Origin: Chlorobiota bacterium
GTDB taxonomy: Bacteria; Bacteroidota; Ignavibacteria; OLB7
Length of the DNA: 64,000 nucleotides
Assembly (NCBI GenBank): GCA_016700335.1
Contig: CP065014.1
Coordinates: forward strand, 2,309,479-2,373,478
Reading direction: 5' to 3'
A program made the position numbers and the translations under genes. A model generated the notes under the pieces. That model searched no databases and was not told the DNA's origin. It saw only the letters and a program-made list of their open reading frames with translations. This document shows positions 51,224 to 61,992 of this stretch, piece by piece; position 1 is the first letter of the stretch; every line of letters starts with the position of its first letter.

Positions 51224-52063
51224 ATGTTACTAAATTCCTCAAATTTTGAATTGATGACTAAAGAAAAACTTTTAGCTTCATCCAACGAACTGCCAAAACA
51301 TATTGCAGTTATTATGGATGGCAATGGAAGATGGGCAAAGCAAAGAAATCTTCCTCGTGTTGCTGGTCATAAATCTGGTGTTGATTCTGTTCGCGAGATT
51401 GTTAAAACCGCAGGAGAACTCAATATACCTTATTTAACTTTATATGCTTTTTCAACTGAAAATTGGAATAGACCTAATACTGAAGTAACAGTTTTAATGA
51501 GATTGCTACTACATTATTTACAATCTGAAATTAATGAATTAAATGATAATAATGTAAGGTTACAAGCAATTGGTCAATTAAATGCACTACCAAAATCAGT
51601 TCAAAAACAGCTTCATCAATCAATAGACAAACTTGCTTCAAATGATGGTCTTACATTAACTTTAGCTTTAAGTTATAGTGGAAGATGGGATATAGTTAGA
51701 GCAGTTCAATCTCTTGCTCTTGACGTAAGGCGGGGTAAAATTTCTCCAGAAGATATTAACAATGATATTATAAGAAGTTATCTTACAACTAAGGATTTAC
51801 CTGATCCTGATGTTATTATTAGAACAAGCGGAGAAATGAGAATTAGTAATTTCTTTTTATGGGAAGCAGCTTATTCAGAAATAGTTGTTGTTCCTGAACT
51901 ATGGCCAGATTTTAGATCTCAAAACTTGTATAACGCACTTGAAATTTATTTACAAAGAGAAAGAAGATTTGGAAAAACTAGTGATCAACTAATTGATAAA
52001 AAAGATAATTCAATTTCTGATATTGTAAGAAATTTTGCTGGGTTGTTTTCAAACAAAAAATAA
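51224..52063 (+). CDS. uppS: Isoprenyl transferase / undecaprenyl-diphosphate synthase
   Basis: HIAVIMDGNGRWA and the RTSGEMRISNFFLW cis-prenyltransferase motifs. Confidence 0.9.
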   Translation: MLLNSSNFELMTKEKLLASSNELPKHIAVIMDGNGRWAKQRNLPRVAGHKSGVDSVREIVKTAGELNIPYLTLYAFSTENWNRPNTEVTVLMRLLLHYLQSEINELNDNNVRLQAIGQLNALPKSVQKQLHQSIDKLASNDGLTLTLALSYSGRWDIVRAVQSLALDVRRGKISPEDINNDIIRSYLTTKDLPDPDVIIRTSGEMRISNFFLWEAAYSEIVVVPELWPDFRSQNLYNALEIYLQRERRFGKTSDQLIDKKDNSISDIVRNFAGLFSNKK

Positions 52064-52084
52064 TTCTAATTTGTAAAAATAAAA

Positions 52085-52118
52085 ACTCACATTTAAAAAA
52101 TAAAATGTGAGTTTTTTT
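52085..52118. terminator. Bidirectional rho-independent terminator (uppS + / vWA-OmpA -)
   Basis: Perfect 10-bp stem ACTCACATTT/AAATGTGAGT flanked by an A-run and a T7 run. Confidence 0.6.
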
Positions 52119-52132
52119 ATAATAAATTGTAC

Positions 52133-53608
52133 TTACTTAGCAATAACAATAAATTCAGTTCTTCTATTCTTTTGCCTCCCAGTTTCATTGGTGTTTGCTG
52201 CAACTGGTGACAACATACCAAATCCTCTTGAACGTAATCTCTCAGTTGGAACACCTAACTCTATCAACGCTCTTCTAACTGCTTCAGCACGAGCTTCGGA
52301 TAACTTCTGATTATATTCTTCAGTACCATCAGAATCTGTATGACCCCTAATTTCTAGCTTTAACCTTGGGTACTCCTTCATTAAATCAAACACACCATTA
52401 ATAGCTTGTTCAGAACCAGCCATTAATTCTGCTTTATTATAATCAAAATAAATTGTCTCAACTGAAAACTTCATTCCATCATCAATAATTCCATCTCTTT
52501 TAATGGTATTATATTCCCCTTTTCCGATTTTGTTTGTTACAGATCCAGGTGGTGTAATACCAACATTAATTATATGTTTGCCAGTTCCTTTTGGTGGTTT
52601 ATAAGTAATTATATAATAGTTCTTTAGACTATGGTAAATGTCTTCAAATACTCCTTTAAACTCATTAGAAGAATATGTTTGGTAGAATCTTCCACCAGTA
52701 TTTTTTGATAATTCACTTAACAATTCTTTATTCACAATTCCAAATGCTATAGTGAAAATAGGTATAGAATTTTCAATACTATATTTGTAAAGATCATTTG
52801 CAGAAATTGTACTTGCATTATCTTCACCATCTGTAAACAAAACTAAAGCTCTAGGATTATTTTTAGGGGAATCAATAATCTGATTCTCAGCTAATTTTGC
52901 ACCCTGGTATAAAGCAGTATACCCTCCAAATTTACCAAGACCTCTTGGTTCAAAATTCTTTATAATTTCATTTATTGATTTGTTTGCCGGTACTGATAAT
53001 TTAACATTCTCATCAAATTTCACAATTGAGATAATATCATTTTCTCCCTTGAGTTTCACAAAGCCAATTGCAGCATCTTCCAATGGTGTAATGTTCTGAC
53101 CCATTGAGCCTGAATAATCTAATGCCATTGCCAATTGATAAGGTATATTTTCGTTTTCACTAACTTCACGAACTGTAAAATTGTCAATATTTTCTTTAGG
53201 TCCATTATTACCAATTTGTTCAGATAATGAATTCCAAATTTTATGATAATCTTCAGTACCTTTGTAATAAGGTGGGGCTAAACCAGAAACTAAATTTCCA
53301 TCACCATCAAAAACTCTTACATATATTGTAATTGAATCTGGATATGATTTTGAATCCACCCTCCAAACTTCTAACGAAAGTGAATTTGGATTTATAGTAT
53401 TCAATTGTTTTGTAGATTTAACATATACTGGTTCAATATAGCCATCTGGTTTTGTTGGATTAAGTAATGGTTTTACTGAATCTTCAAATGATCTGCAGGC
53501 TGAGATTTGTAATATTATTATAAAGAAAATGAACTTTAATTTGTTTTGAAAAATTTTCATTTGGAATTTATTTGTAGATATACAGTAGTATTTATTTGTA
53601 TGATACAA
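52133..53608 (-). CDS. vWA domain - OmpA domain lipoprotein
   Basis: Lipobox (LQISAC). vWA MIDAS DYSGSM and LFTDGEDNAS. C-terminal OmpA motif (RGHTDSDGTEEYNQKLSEARAEAV...NRRTEFIV). Confidence 0.75.
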   Translation of the reverse strand: MYHTNKYYCISTNKFQMKIFQNKLKFIFFIIILQISACRSFEDSVKPLLNPTKPDGYIEPVYVKSTKQLNTINPNSLSLEVWRVDSKSYPDSITIYVRVFDGDGNLVSGLAPPYYKGTEDYHKIWNSLSEQIGNNGPKENIDNFTVREVSENENIPYQLAMALDYSGSMGQNITPLEDAAIGFVKLKGENDIISIVKFDENVKLSVPANKSINEIIKNFEPRGLGKFGGYTALYQGAKLAENQIIDSPKNNPRALVLFTDGEDNASTISANDLYKYSIENSIPIFTIAFGIVNKELLSELSKNTGGRFYQTYSSNEFKGVFEDIYHSLKNYYIITYKPPKGTGKHIINVGITPPGSVTNKIGKGEYNTIKRDGIIDDGMKFSVETIYFDYNKAELMAGSEQAINGVFDLMKEYPRLKLEIRGHTDSDGTEEYNQKLSEARAEAVRRALIELGVPTERLRSRGFGMLSPVAANTNETGRQKNRRTEFIVIAK

Positions 53609-53959
53609 TTTGAAAAATTATTAAATTAATTTCTAACTAATTATAAAAAATAAAAGTTATAATTTTAACCTCTTATTTTTGTAGAAAGCAGTTGGTTATA
53701 AAATGACAAGTGGTAATTGATTGTTTATTATTTGAATTATTATTGCAAAATGAATTTGTATTTTATTTAAGTTACAATAATTTGTAAAAAGTAACAATTA
53801 AAATAAAAATTTTAAAATTAAACTCTTAATTATTTTTAATTTATTTCTATCTTTTCTTCCTAAAAAGAATCTATATAAGTTTTAAAACTAAACTACTGAA
53901 CAGTTAGTTTGTTATAGTTTGAACTTAGTTCGATTTTATTTTTAAACTCTCAACTTTAA

Positions 53960-54970
53960 TTGAATATGGATTCAAATTCAGAAAATAATTTTATTGACAA
54001 CTCAGAAGAAAAAAATGAGTTTTTACACAATTCTGATGAAGGATTTATTTATGCTTCCCTTGAAGCTAGGTTATCTCATATTGAAGAATTAGTAATTGAT
54101 TTACATGAATGGATTGGATCTGAACACGTATCTTCATTAGGAGGTTCTTACCGAAGGTTGTATTCACAATTAGTTGCGAATGATTTTGAACAAAGATATG
54201 CAGCACAAATTGTTAGAATGTTGTATGATAATCGTACTTCTAATGATGTAAGCGATCAAGATTTAAGGGCACTAGCAATTAATCATATTAATACTGAAGT
54301 AACTGCCAATAAAGAAACTATGGCTTACTTAAGTAAAAACAGCTCTAAGCCTTATATATTAGCTCTTGTAGGTCCTTCTGGTGCTGGCAAAACAACAATG
54401 ATGTACAAGCTTGCAGTTCGTGCTGTTTTAAATTTCGAATTGAAAGTAAAAGTAATTTCAAGTGATACATATAAAATTGGTTCTGTTGAAGGCATTCAAA
54501 CAATTGCTGATATATTGAATATTCCATTTGGTATAGCTTTTGAACCTGAAGAAATTCCTGGATTAATAAATGAATCTGAAGCAGATTTAATTTTACTTGA
54601 TACTGCAGGAAGATCGGACTCTGAAGCCCGTGAAGAATTATATGAATTTATTTCTGCTGCTAAACCTAACGAAATTCATCTAGTGCTTTCTGCCACTATG
54701 AGCCGCCGTGCAATTCAGGAAACTGCTGCTCTTTTTCTCGGTGAAAAAATTAATTGTTTGTCTTTTACTAAAATTGATGAAGCCCCATCTATTGGTGGTG
54801 TTATCTCGTCAGTTAGATGGATGGGTTTACCAATTGGCTATATTTCTAATGGTACTGCTATTCCAGATGATTTGTTACCTGCATCAGATATTTCCTTGGG
54901 TTCGTATTCTTTAGATGGAGTTCCTCCATCTATTTCACAACAAGAAGGTAAACTTGATACTCATGTTTAG
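53960..54970 (+). CDS. flhF: FlhF-like SRP-family (SIMIBI) GTPase
   Basis: G1 GPSGAGKTT, G2 DTYKIG, G3 DTAGRS, G4 TKIDEA. The G4 form resembles FlhF rather than FtsY/Ffh, which carry TKLDGxAxGG. Confidence 0.6.
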   Translation: MNMDSNSENNFIDNSEEKNEFLHNSDEGFIYASLEARLSHIEELVIDLHEWIGSEHVSSLGGSYRRLYSQLVANDFEQRYAAQIVRMLYDNRTSNDVSDQDLRALAINHINTEVTANKETMAYLSKNSSKPYILALVGPSGAGKTTMMYKLAVRAVLNFELKVKVISSDTYKIGSVEGIQTIADILNIPFGIAFEPEEIPGLINESEADLILLDTAGRSDSEAREELYEFISAAKPNEIHLVLSATMSRRAIQETAALFLGEKINCLSFTKIDEAPSIGGVISSVRWMGLPIGYISNGTAIPDDLLPASDISLGSYSLDGVPPSISQQEGKLDTHV

Positions 54971-57014
54971 ATATTTTATATATTCTTTTTTATTTCTAAT
55001 TGTTTCTTTTTCACTTTCTATTAATGTAAAAGCTAATGGAGTTTTAACAGATGCCCAATGGCGTGGAAGCAATTTAGTTTTGAGATTTTCAGATAGTATT
55101 TTGTATCAAGTTGATTTTGCAAATAGTGATTCTAAAAATGTAGCAGTTAGTTTAATTGGTGCAAATTTGAGTGCTATTTCAAATAATTTAAAAGTGGAAC
55201 CTTTCACTTTAGATGCTCCAGGCGGACTGACCCGAGCAACACTTGTTCAATTAAAACCCAATTTAGTTACTCTAAAAATCAATTTACTTCCAAATTATTC
55301 TTTCTCTGTTTTATGGAGACCTTATTCCAATCAATTTTTGGTTTATACTTATCAATGGGATAAATTATCTGTATCTGAAAAAGAGTTTCATAAAGGTTTA
55401 ATCGCTCTTGAAAACGGACTTAAAGAACAAGTCGAAAAACTTTTAGCCACGTCTGCTTCTTTAGGTAATAAAAATGCTCGTTCGGTTTTAGGGGTTTTTT
55501 ATGCCAAAGTTGGGAATGATGAATTTGCTGAGCAATATTTAACTAATCCTTCTGAACCCGATGATTATGCTGCCTTAGCAGAAGTGAAAACTAGATCTGG
55601 AGACAAAGCATTGGCTTTTAGTTATGATAATAAATTCAGGAGTTTGATGAAAGCTCAAAGAGTTACTTCAAATGATGATAGTATAACTTTAATTACCAAT
55701 TCACAAAAATTTTTAAAACAACTAGATTCAGAAAAAAAATCTAAATCCGCAGTTTTAAATTCTTTAAATGACCCAATTTTTATTACAATTATTCTAATTG
55801 TAATTTTACTATTTATATTGATAGTTTTTTTAATCACTAAAAGATCTGGTGGTAAAAATAATAGCAACTTAAATTCTAAAAGAGATTTTTTTAGATCTAA
55901 TAACTCAAGAAAGAATTACTACGATTATAGTAATGAGTATTCAAATTATTCAAACAAAAAAAGTAAATCTAAAATTACAAATGAGGATATTTTAAATACA
56001 TCTGATTTTAAATCTGTTAATAATGATTCAGATTCTTTTCCATTTGATAATGCATTTAGTAATTCTGATTTTAGAATTATTCCTAGCACTAGTTCAATTG
56101 ATATTTCTGATGGAGAACATATTGTAAATCAAGCAAAAGCATTAATCAAAAATGATGAAATCCATGATGAATCAAATGAGAAAGGTGAAATTAAATCTTC
56201 TGATAAAAATATATCTGGTGAAAATGATTCTAATATAAATTCTAAAATTATAACTTTTGAAGATAATTATCATAATGATAATTCAAATTCAGATTCATTG
56301 ATAAAAAATAACAATGATGATGATGAAGTTAATAATTTAGATTTAAAAACAGATGAGGAGAATACTTTAGATGAAAAGTTAGAAGAAGAGATAATAACAA
56401 AATATAGGCTTAACAATAAATTTGTTGATTTACAAAATAAAATACCTAATTATAGTAGTGAAATTTCAATTAATACTGATTTAAACATTCATAAAGATAA
56501 TTTAACTAATGAATTGAAATCAAAAGAAAATAAAGAAAATTTAATTACTGAATCTAGTTCAAATAATAAAGAAAATCAAAGTAAATCAACTATTAAAAAT
56601 GATGGATTTTTAGATAACCTTAATCAAGATAAAATTGAATTAAAAATACCTACAATTACTAATGAATTTTTAAAACATAACAGATTTGCAACTAATCTGA
56701 ATCAGAAGCCAAAACAATTATCTGTTCAAACTTTAGAACTAAGAAAAAAGATTGAAACAATGAATAATTTGAATGTTAATTTAACATCTAAAGATAATCC
56801 TAATATAAATAATCATAATTTTAGTTTTACAGATTCAACTTTATTAGATAAAAATTTATACTCTAATCATACATTATTAACAATTTCTAAAAGATGGTCA
56901 AAACCAACTGCAGGTTTTGATGCAATGCCTATAAAACAAGCTGCAAAAACTGAAAAAGTTTCAAGAGATTATATTATGTTAAAGGAATTAATGCAACGAA
57001 CTAAAGTAAATTAA
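54963..57014 (+). CDS. Membrane protein with a periplasmic N-domain, a TM segment and a long N/S/D/K low-complexity cytoplasmic tail; translationally coupled to flhF
   Basis: The ATG overlaps the flhF stop (ATGTTTAG). Signal/TM at the N-terminus, TM at about residue 280, then about 390 aa of low complexity. Confidence 0.45.
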   Translation: MFRYFIYSFLFLIVSFSLSINVKANGVLTDAQWRGSNLVLRFSDSILYQVDFANSDSKNVAVSLIGANLSAISNNLKVEPFTLDAPGGLTRATLVQLKPNLVTLKINLLPNYSFSVLWRPYSNQFLVYTYQWDKLSVSEKEFHKGLIALENGLKEQVEKLLATSASLGNKNARSVLGVFYAKVGNDEFAEQYLTNPSEPDDYAALAEVKTRSGDKALAFSYDNKFRSLMKAQRVTSNDDSITLITNSQKFLKQLDSEKKSKSAVLNSLNDPIFITIILIVILLFILIVFLITKRSGGKNNSNLNSKRDFFRSNNSRKNYYDYSNEYSNYSNKKSKSKITNEDILNTSDFKSVNNDSDSFPFDNAFSNSDFRIIPSTSSIDISDGEHIVNQAKALIKNDEIHDESNEKGEIKSSDKNISGENDSNINSKIITFEDNYHNDNSNSDSLIKNNNDDDEVNNLDLKTDEENTLDEKLEEEIITKYRLNNKFVDLQNKIPNYSSEISINTDLNIHKDNLTNELKSKENKENLITESSSNNKENQSKSTIKNDGFLDNLNQDKIELKIPTITNEFLKHNRFATNLNQKPKQLSVQTLELRKKIETMNNLNVNLTSKDNPNINNHNFSFTDSTLLDKNLYSNHTLLTISKRWSKPTAGFDAMPIKQAAKTEKVSRDYIMLKELMQRTKVN

Positions 57015-57067
57015 TCCAATTAATTAACTTTTCATTAATTGATTTTTCTTACTTCTCATAATTTTAT

Positions 57068-59497
57068 TTATCTAATCACTACAAAATTTGTAGAGAATTT
57101 CTCTCCATTATCATTAAATCTTAAAGTATAAATTCCAGGCTTTAATGAAGAAGTATTCAAACAAAACTCATTCGTCAAAACATTTACTTGATAATTTGTT
57201 TTATTAATTGAAGCTCCTAAACAATTACTGACGATTAATTTATCAATATTTACAACTTCTTTATTAATAAATTTTATATTCAAATAATCTTTCGCTGGAT
57301 TTGGATAAAGTATAACATTAGAATTAACAGGTTTGATTAGATTTTCATTTTTGTTTATTGAAGTTAAAAAAGCATTCCAAATTCCAAACGCAGTTGATGG
57401 TGAATTACCTACTAGAGAGAAATCGCCCCCAATATAAATATAATTATTGTCAGTAGCTAAAGTTTGAATTAATGTAGAATTACTTAAACTGGATGTTGAA
57501 CTCCCAACAACACCGCTTCCAAGTAGCTCCCATGATGTTCTGTTCCACTTTGCAATTGAATTTGCCTTTATTCCTGAGATTGAACTGAAGGATCCCGCAG
57601 CATACAAAAGTCCATTATTAGTTGAAGTTAAAGCATTTATTTTTGAATCTTTTCCAGATAATTCAGAGCTCATTTCGAACCATTCTTTTCCATCATAGCT
57701 TGCAATTCCAAAGGATGATACATTACCAGCTTTTTTAAAATCACCTCCAACAAACAGCTCGTTGTTTACACCAGAATGAATAACCCTAACCGTTGAATCA
57801 CATCCATTACCCAAAGGGACAAAAAGATTGTTTTCATATTTTGCGATATTATTTGCAATTACACCTGAGATTTCTTTAAAATTACCACCACAATACAATG
57901 TTCCAAATTTGTTTACTGTCACACAAAGAATTATACTATCACTTCCTTTTGAAAGAGGTACCCATTTTTCATTTTCAAGTGTAGCAATATTTTTATACTC
58001 TTGATTTAGAATTTTAAAATTCCCTCCAATGTATAATTTATTTTCAAATTTTGTAATTGAGTTTACAATACCAATAATATTATTTCCAATAGCTGACCAT
58101 TTTGTGCCATCCCAAACACCTACTGAGTTTATATTTTCTCCATTTATTTTTGAGAATGAACCAACAATAATTATTTTGTCAATACTTGTTGAAGTATCAA
58201 CAATCATTGAGTTAATTACTCCATTGATTGGTTCTTTAATTAGATTAGTCCATTTTTTACCATCCCAAGAAGCCAATGTTCTAACAACTTCTCCTTTATC
58301 ATCAAAGGATCCACTAACATATATATTTTTTCTTCCTATTGAAATATTTGTAATATTTTGGAAATAACCTTTTGTAAATTCATTGGATATTTGTTCCCAT
58401 TTAGAATTTTTAAACATTGCAATATGTTCTGAATACTGCTTTCCTGCTTGTGAGAAATATCCACCACAAAAAATAGAACTATCATTTGTAACAATTATTG
58501 TATTAACACCTCCACTAGTGCCATCACCTAATTTATTCCATTTCAATCCATCCCATTTTGCTATATTATTGACAGTATCATTTCCCGCAATATTAAAATG
58601 ACCCGCAATAAATATATCTTTACCAATGCTAACAATTGATGAAACAGACGAACCTTCAATTCCTCTTCCTAATGAAAACCACTTTTTTCCACTCCACCTT
58701 GCAATACCCCATGCAGGGGTGTTTGAGCTTACCGCAGCAAAACCTCCACCAACATATAAATTGCCATTTGAATAATGTAATGCTTGAACAATTCCTTGAG
58801 TTCCACCATCAAGAACCTCCCATTGATTGTTCACAAATTTTGCAACATTAAATGCCTCCTTATCTCCAGCAAATATAAAGTCACCTCCAACGAATAATGA
58901 ACCCTCACCATATGCAATTGAATAAACAGTTCCTTCAATTCCATTATCGGGAAATGTATTCCATTCTTTATTTTTTAAAGAATATGAAGCAAGGTTTTTA
59001 GATGTTAAACCATTTATTTCTGTAAAGTTTCCACCTACATAAATATTGTCATTAACAATTAACAAAGTTCTAATTGCAGAAGAATCTTTAGGAGAAATAC
59101 TATCTGATATACTCTTCCAAATTCCATTATCCCAAACTGCTAAAGAATGAATTGATTTTCCAGATATGGATTTAAAATCTCCACCTATATAAATTAGATC
59201 TTTATAAGTTGCAACAGAATAAATTGAGCCTCCATTAATTTCTCCTCCTAGAGAATACCAGGATTTGCTTTTTTTATTCCAGACAGCAATTTTATTTACA
59301 ATTATATTTCCTGAAATTGTAAAATCACCTGCAACAACAATTTCATCATTATTTCTTTCAGCAATTGAATTTACATTTCCATTTAAACCAGGTATTCCAA
59401 AATTTTTACTCCAATTGATATCATTGTTAACTTGTGAATATCCATTTAAATTATTTAACAACAAACAAAACAAAATTGAGAAAAATAATTTTAACAT
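57068..59497 (-). CDS. Secreted beta-propeller repeat protein (delta-60-like IYVGGDF repeats) with a T9SS C-terminal sorting domain
   Basis: At least 10 repeats of about 50 aa carrying a GG(D/N)F core. Signal peptide. C-terminal CTD (YPNPAKDYLNIKF...GIYTLRFNDNGEKFSTNFVV). Confidence 0.65.
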   Translation of the reverse strand: MLKLFFSILFCLLLNNLNGYSQVNNDINWSKNFGIPGLNGNVNSIAERNNDEIVVAGDFTISGNIIVNKIAVWNKKSKSWYSLGGEINGGSIYSVATYKDLIYIGGDFKSISGKSIHSLAVWDNGIWKSISDSISPKDSSAIRTLLIVNDNIYVGGNFTEINGLTSKNLASYSLKNKEWNTFPDNGIEGTVYSIAYGEGSLFVGGDFIFAGDKEAFNVAKFVNNQWEVLDGGTQGIVQALHYSNGNLYVGGGFAAVSSNTPAWGIARWSGKKWFSLGRGIEGSSVSSIVSIGKDIFIAGHFNIAGNDTVNNIAKWDGLKWNKLGDGTSGGVNTIIVTNDSSIFCGGYFSQAGKQYSEHIAMFKNSKWEQISNEFTKGYFQNITNISIGRKNIYVSGSFDDKGEVVRTLASWDGKKWTNLIKEPINGVINSMIVDTSTSIDKIIIVGSFSKINGENINSVGVWDGTKWSAIGNNIIGIVNSITKFENKLYIGGNFKILNQEYKNIATLENEKWVPLSKGSDSIILCVTVNKFGTLYCGGNFKEISGVIANNIAKYENNLFVPLGNGCDSTVRVIHSGVNNELFVGGDFKKAGNVSSFGIASYDGKEWFEMSSELSGKDSKINALTSTNNGLLYAAGSFSSISGIKANSIAKWNRTSWELLGSGVVGSSTSSLSNSTLIQTLATDNNYIYIGGDFSLVGNSPSTAFGIWNAFLTSINKNENLIKPVNSNVILYPNPAKDYLNIKFINKEVVNIDKLIVSNCLGASINKTNYQVNVLTNEFCLNTSSLKPGIYTLRFNDNGEKFSTNFVVIR

Positions 59498-59726
59498 AAT
59501 CTTTAAATTATTTAATAATTAATTTGAAATGATAACTTTTTCAAAAATACAATTAATACAATAAGAATATTTTATTTATTGAATTATTCTAACTTTAATC
59601 ATATTAAACCACTTTAAAAAAAAACTTCAAATTTTTCTTCTCATCATTTCTAAATATTATTCTTTAAATTTTAGTATAAAATAAAAGTAAAATTAATTTG
59701 TTATTATAGGATTAACTAAGATTTTT

Positions 59727-59734
59727 TAACTTTG
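59727..59734 (+). promoter_or_regulatory. TAacTTTG motif upstream of fabH
   Basis: Exact TAnnTTTG match 35 nt before the fabH ATG. Confidence 0.3.
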
Positions 59735-59768
59735 CAAACCAAATTCAATTAATTGAAATTTATTTTAT

Positions 59769-60779
59769 ATGACATCAAATAACCGAACTAGAAGGGCTAC
59801 TATAACATCTGTGGGTCATTATGTACCCCCAGATATTTTTAACAATGATTACTTTAAAAATGAACTTGGCTTAGAAACAGATGACACATGGATAAGAGAA
59901 AGAACAGGAATTATTGAACGTCGTTATTTGGTTGAAGGTGGCACTAGCGATTTAGCAGTTCCAGCTATTAAAAAATGTTTAGAAAGAAGAGGTATCTCGG
60001 CACTTGAAATAGACTGCATAATAGTTGCAACAGTAACTCCAGATATGGCTTTCCCCTCAACTGCCTGTTTGATTCAAAATAAAATTGGAGCAAAAAACGC
60101 TTGGGGTTTTGATGTTGAAGCTGCTTGTTCTGGTTTTTTGTTCGCATTAAGAACTGGCACTAGTTTTATTGAAAGTGGTCAATGTAAAAAAGTATTAGTT
60201 GTTGGTGCTGATAAAATGAGTGCAATAATTAATTTTAAAGATAGAAATACTTGTGTTTTATTTGGAGATGGTGCTGGATGTGTTTTACTTGAAGCAACTG
60301 AGGATGAAACTATAGGCATTATTGATTTTGAATTGCATATTGATGGTAGTGGAGGAGATTTCCTTTATATGCCAGCAGGAGGAAGCCGTATGCCTCCAAG
60401 CTTAGAGACTGTGGCTAGAGAGCTTCATTATGTTGTACAAGATGGTAAAGCTGTTTTTAAAGTTGCTGTAATTGGAATGGCTGATGTTGCTGAAAGTATT
60501 ATGAAAAAAAATAACTTGACTGCACAAGACATTCGTTGGTTAGTACCACATCAAGCTAATTTGAGAATTATATCTGCTACTGCTGAAAGGATGGGTTTAT
60601 CAATGGAAAATGTGATGGTTAATATCCATAAATTTGGGAATACTACTGCTGGAACATTACCTATTTGCTTAGGTGAATGGTGGGAAAATGGGCTACTTAA
60701 AAAGGGTGATGGAATTATTTTAGCTACATTTGGTGCGGGTTATACTTGGGGTAGTGGTTATTTAAAATGGGGATATTAA
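59769..60779 (+). CDS. fabH: Beta-ketoacyl-ACP synthase III
   Basis: Catalytic Cys (AACSGF), His and Asn motifs (HQAN, GNTTAGT). Confidence 0.93.
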   Translation: MTSNNRTRRATITSVGHYVPPDIFNNDYFKNELGLETDDTWIRERTGIIERRYLVEGGTSDLAVPAIKKCLERRGISALEIDCIIVATVTPDMAFPSTACLIQNKIGAKNAWGFDVEAACSGFLFALRTGTSFIESGQCKKVLVVGADKMSAIINFKDRNTCVLFGDGAGCVLLEATEDETIGIIDFELHIDGSGGDFLYMPAGGSRMPPSLETVARELHYVVQDGKAVFKVAVIGMADVAESIMKKNNLTAQDIRWLVPHQANLRIISATAERMGLSMENVMVNIHKFGNTTAGTLPICLGEWWENGLLKKGDGIILATFGAGYTWGSGYLKWGY

Positions 60780-60904
60780 AATTGGATTGAATTATTTTTC
60801 AAATTTAATTTATTTGTATTCTCAATTGTTTCAATTTTTAAATCCTTCAATTTATTTTGATTTATAAATCAAATAATCTAGTTATATAATTAATAAATTA
60901 TTTT

Positions 60905-61795
60905 ATGAAATCATATATTTTTCCTGGACAAGGTTCGCAATATATTGGAATGGGGCTTGATCTGTATGAATCAAGTACAATGGTTCGTGATATAATGGAT
61001 AGAGCTAATGAAGTATTAGGTTGGCAATTAACTGGTATTATGTTCGGTGGAACTCAAGAAGAATTAACTCAAACACGAAATACTCAGCCAGCAATTTTTT
61101 TACATAGCTATGTAAGATATATGTTGTTAAACAATCCAGAACCTAATATGGTTGCAGGGCATTCTTTGGGCGAATATTCTGCATTAGCTATTGCTGGTGC
61201 AATTAATTTTGATGATGCTTTAACTTTAGTTAAAATCAGAGCTGAGTCTATGCAAATTGCTGGAGAGTCTGAACCTGGCACTATGGCTGCAATTATTGGT
61301 TTGGATGATAATTTAGTTGGTGATATATGCTGTAAAGTTTGGGAGGAAATTGGTATAGTTCAATCTGCTAACTTTAACTCTCCAGGTCAAGTTGTTATTA
61401 GCGGAAGCCCTAATGCAGTTTTAGAGGCAATGAAAAGATGTAAAGAAAATGGAGCAAGAATGGTTAAACAACTTAATGTAAGCGGAGCTTTTCATTCCCC
61501 TTTAATGGCTAGTGCACGTGAGAAGCTTACCTTAGCCCTTTCAAATGTTCATATTAATAATGCTGAAATTCCAGTTTATACAAATGTATCAGCAAAACCT
61601 ATTACAGATGCCCAAGAAATTCACGATTCATTAATACTCCAACTTACATCACCTGTTAGGTGGTCCGAAACAATTAATAATATGATTATTGATGGAGCTG
61701 ATGAATTTATTGAAGTAGGACCTGGCAATGTACTTCAAGGCTTAGTCAAAAGAATTAATAGTATTGTAACTGTTTCAGGATTTGATAAATTTTAA
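60905..61795 (+). CDS. fabD: ACP S-malonyltransferase
   Basis: FPGQGSQ and GHSLGEYSAL active-site motifs. Confidence 0.93.
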   Translation: MKSYIFPGQGSQYIGMGLDLYESSTMVRDIMDRANEVLGWQLTGIMFGGTQEELTQTRNTQPAIFLHSYVRYMLLNNPEPNMVAGHSLGEYSALAIAGAINFDDALTLVKIRAESMQIAGESEPGTMAAIIGLDDNLVGDICCKVWEEIGIVQSANFNSPGQVVISGSPNAVLEAMKRCKENGARMVKQLNVSGAFHSPLMASAREKLTLALSNVHINNAEIPVYTNVSAKPITDAQEIHDSLILQLTSPVRWSETINNMIIDGADEFIEVGPGNVLQGLVKRINSIVTVSGFDKF

Positions 61796-61992
61796 AGAAT
61801 TACTTATTGTATTTAAAATAGGTTTATATTAATTTTTCTGTTTAAAATACTTTTTTCTAAAATTAATATTAATAAATTAAGAACGTTACAAAGATTTGTA
61901 TTGTTACTTGTTTAAAGTACAACTAGCTTAAATACTTTTTGATATCTGAAACCCAAGTAAATACAACGCTTATTAACAATCAAAATTTATAA

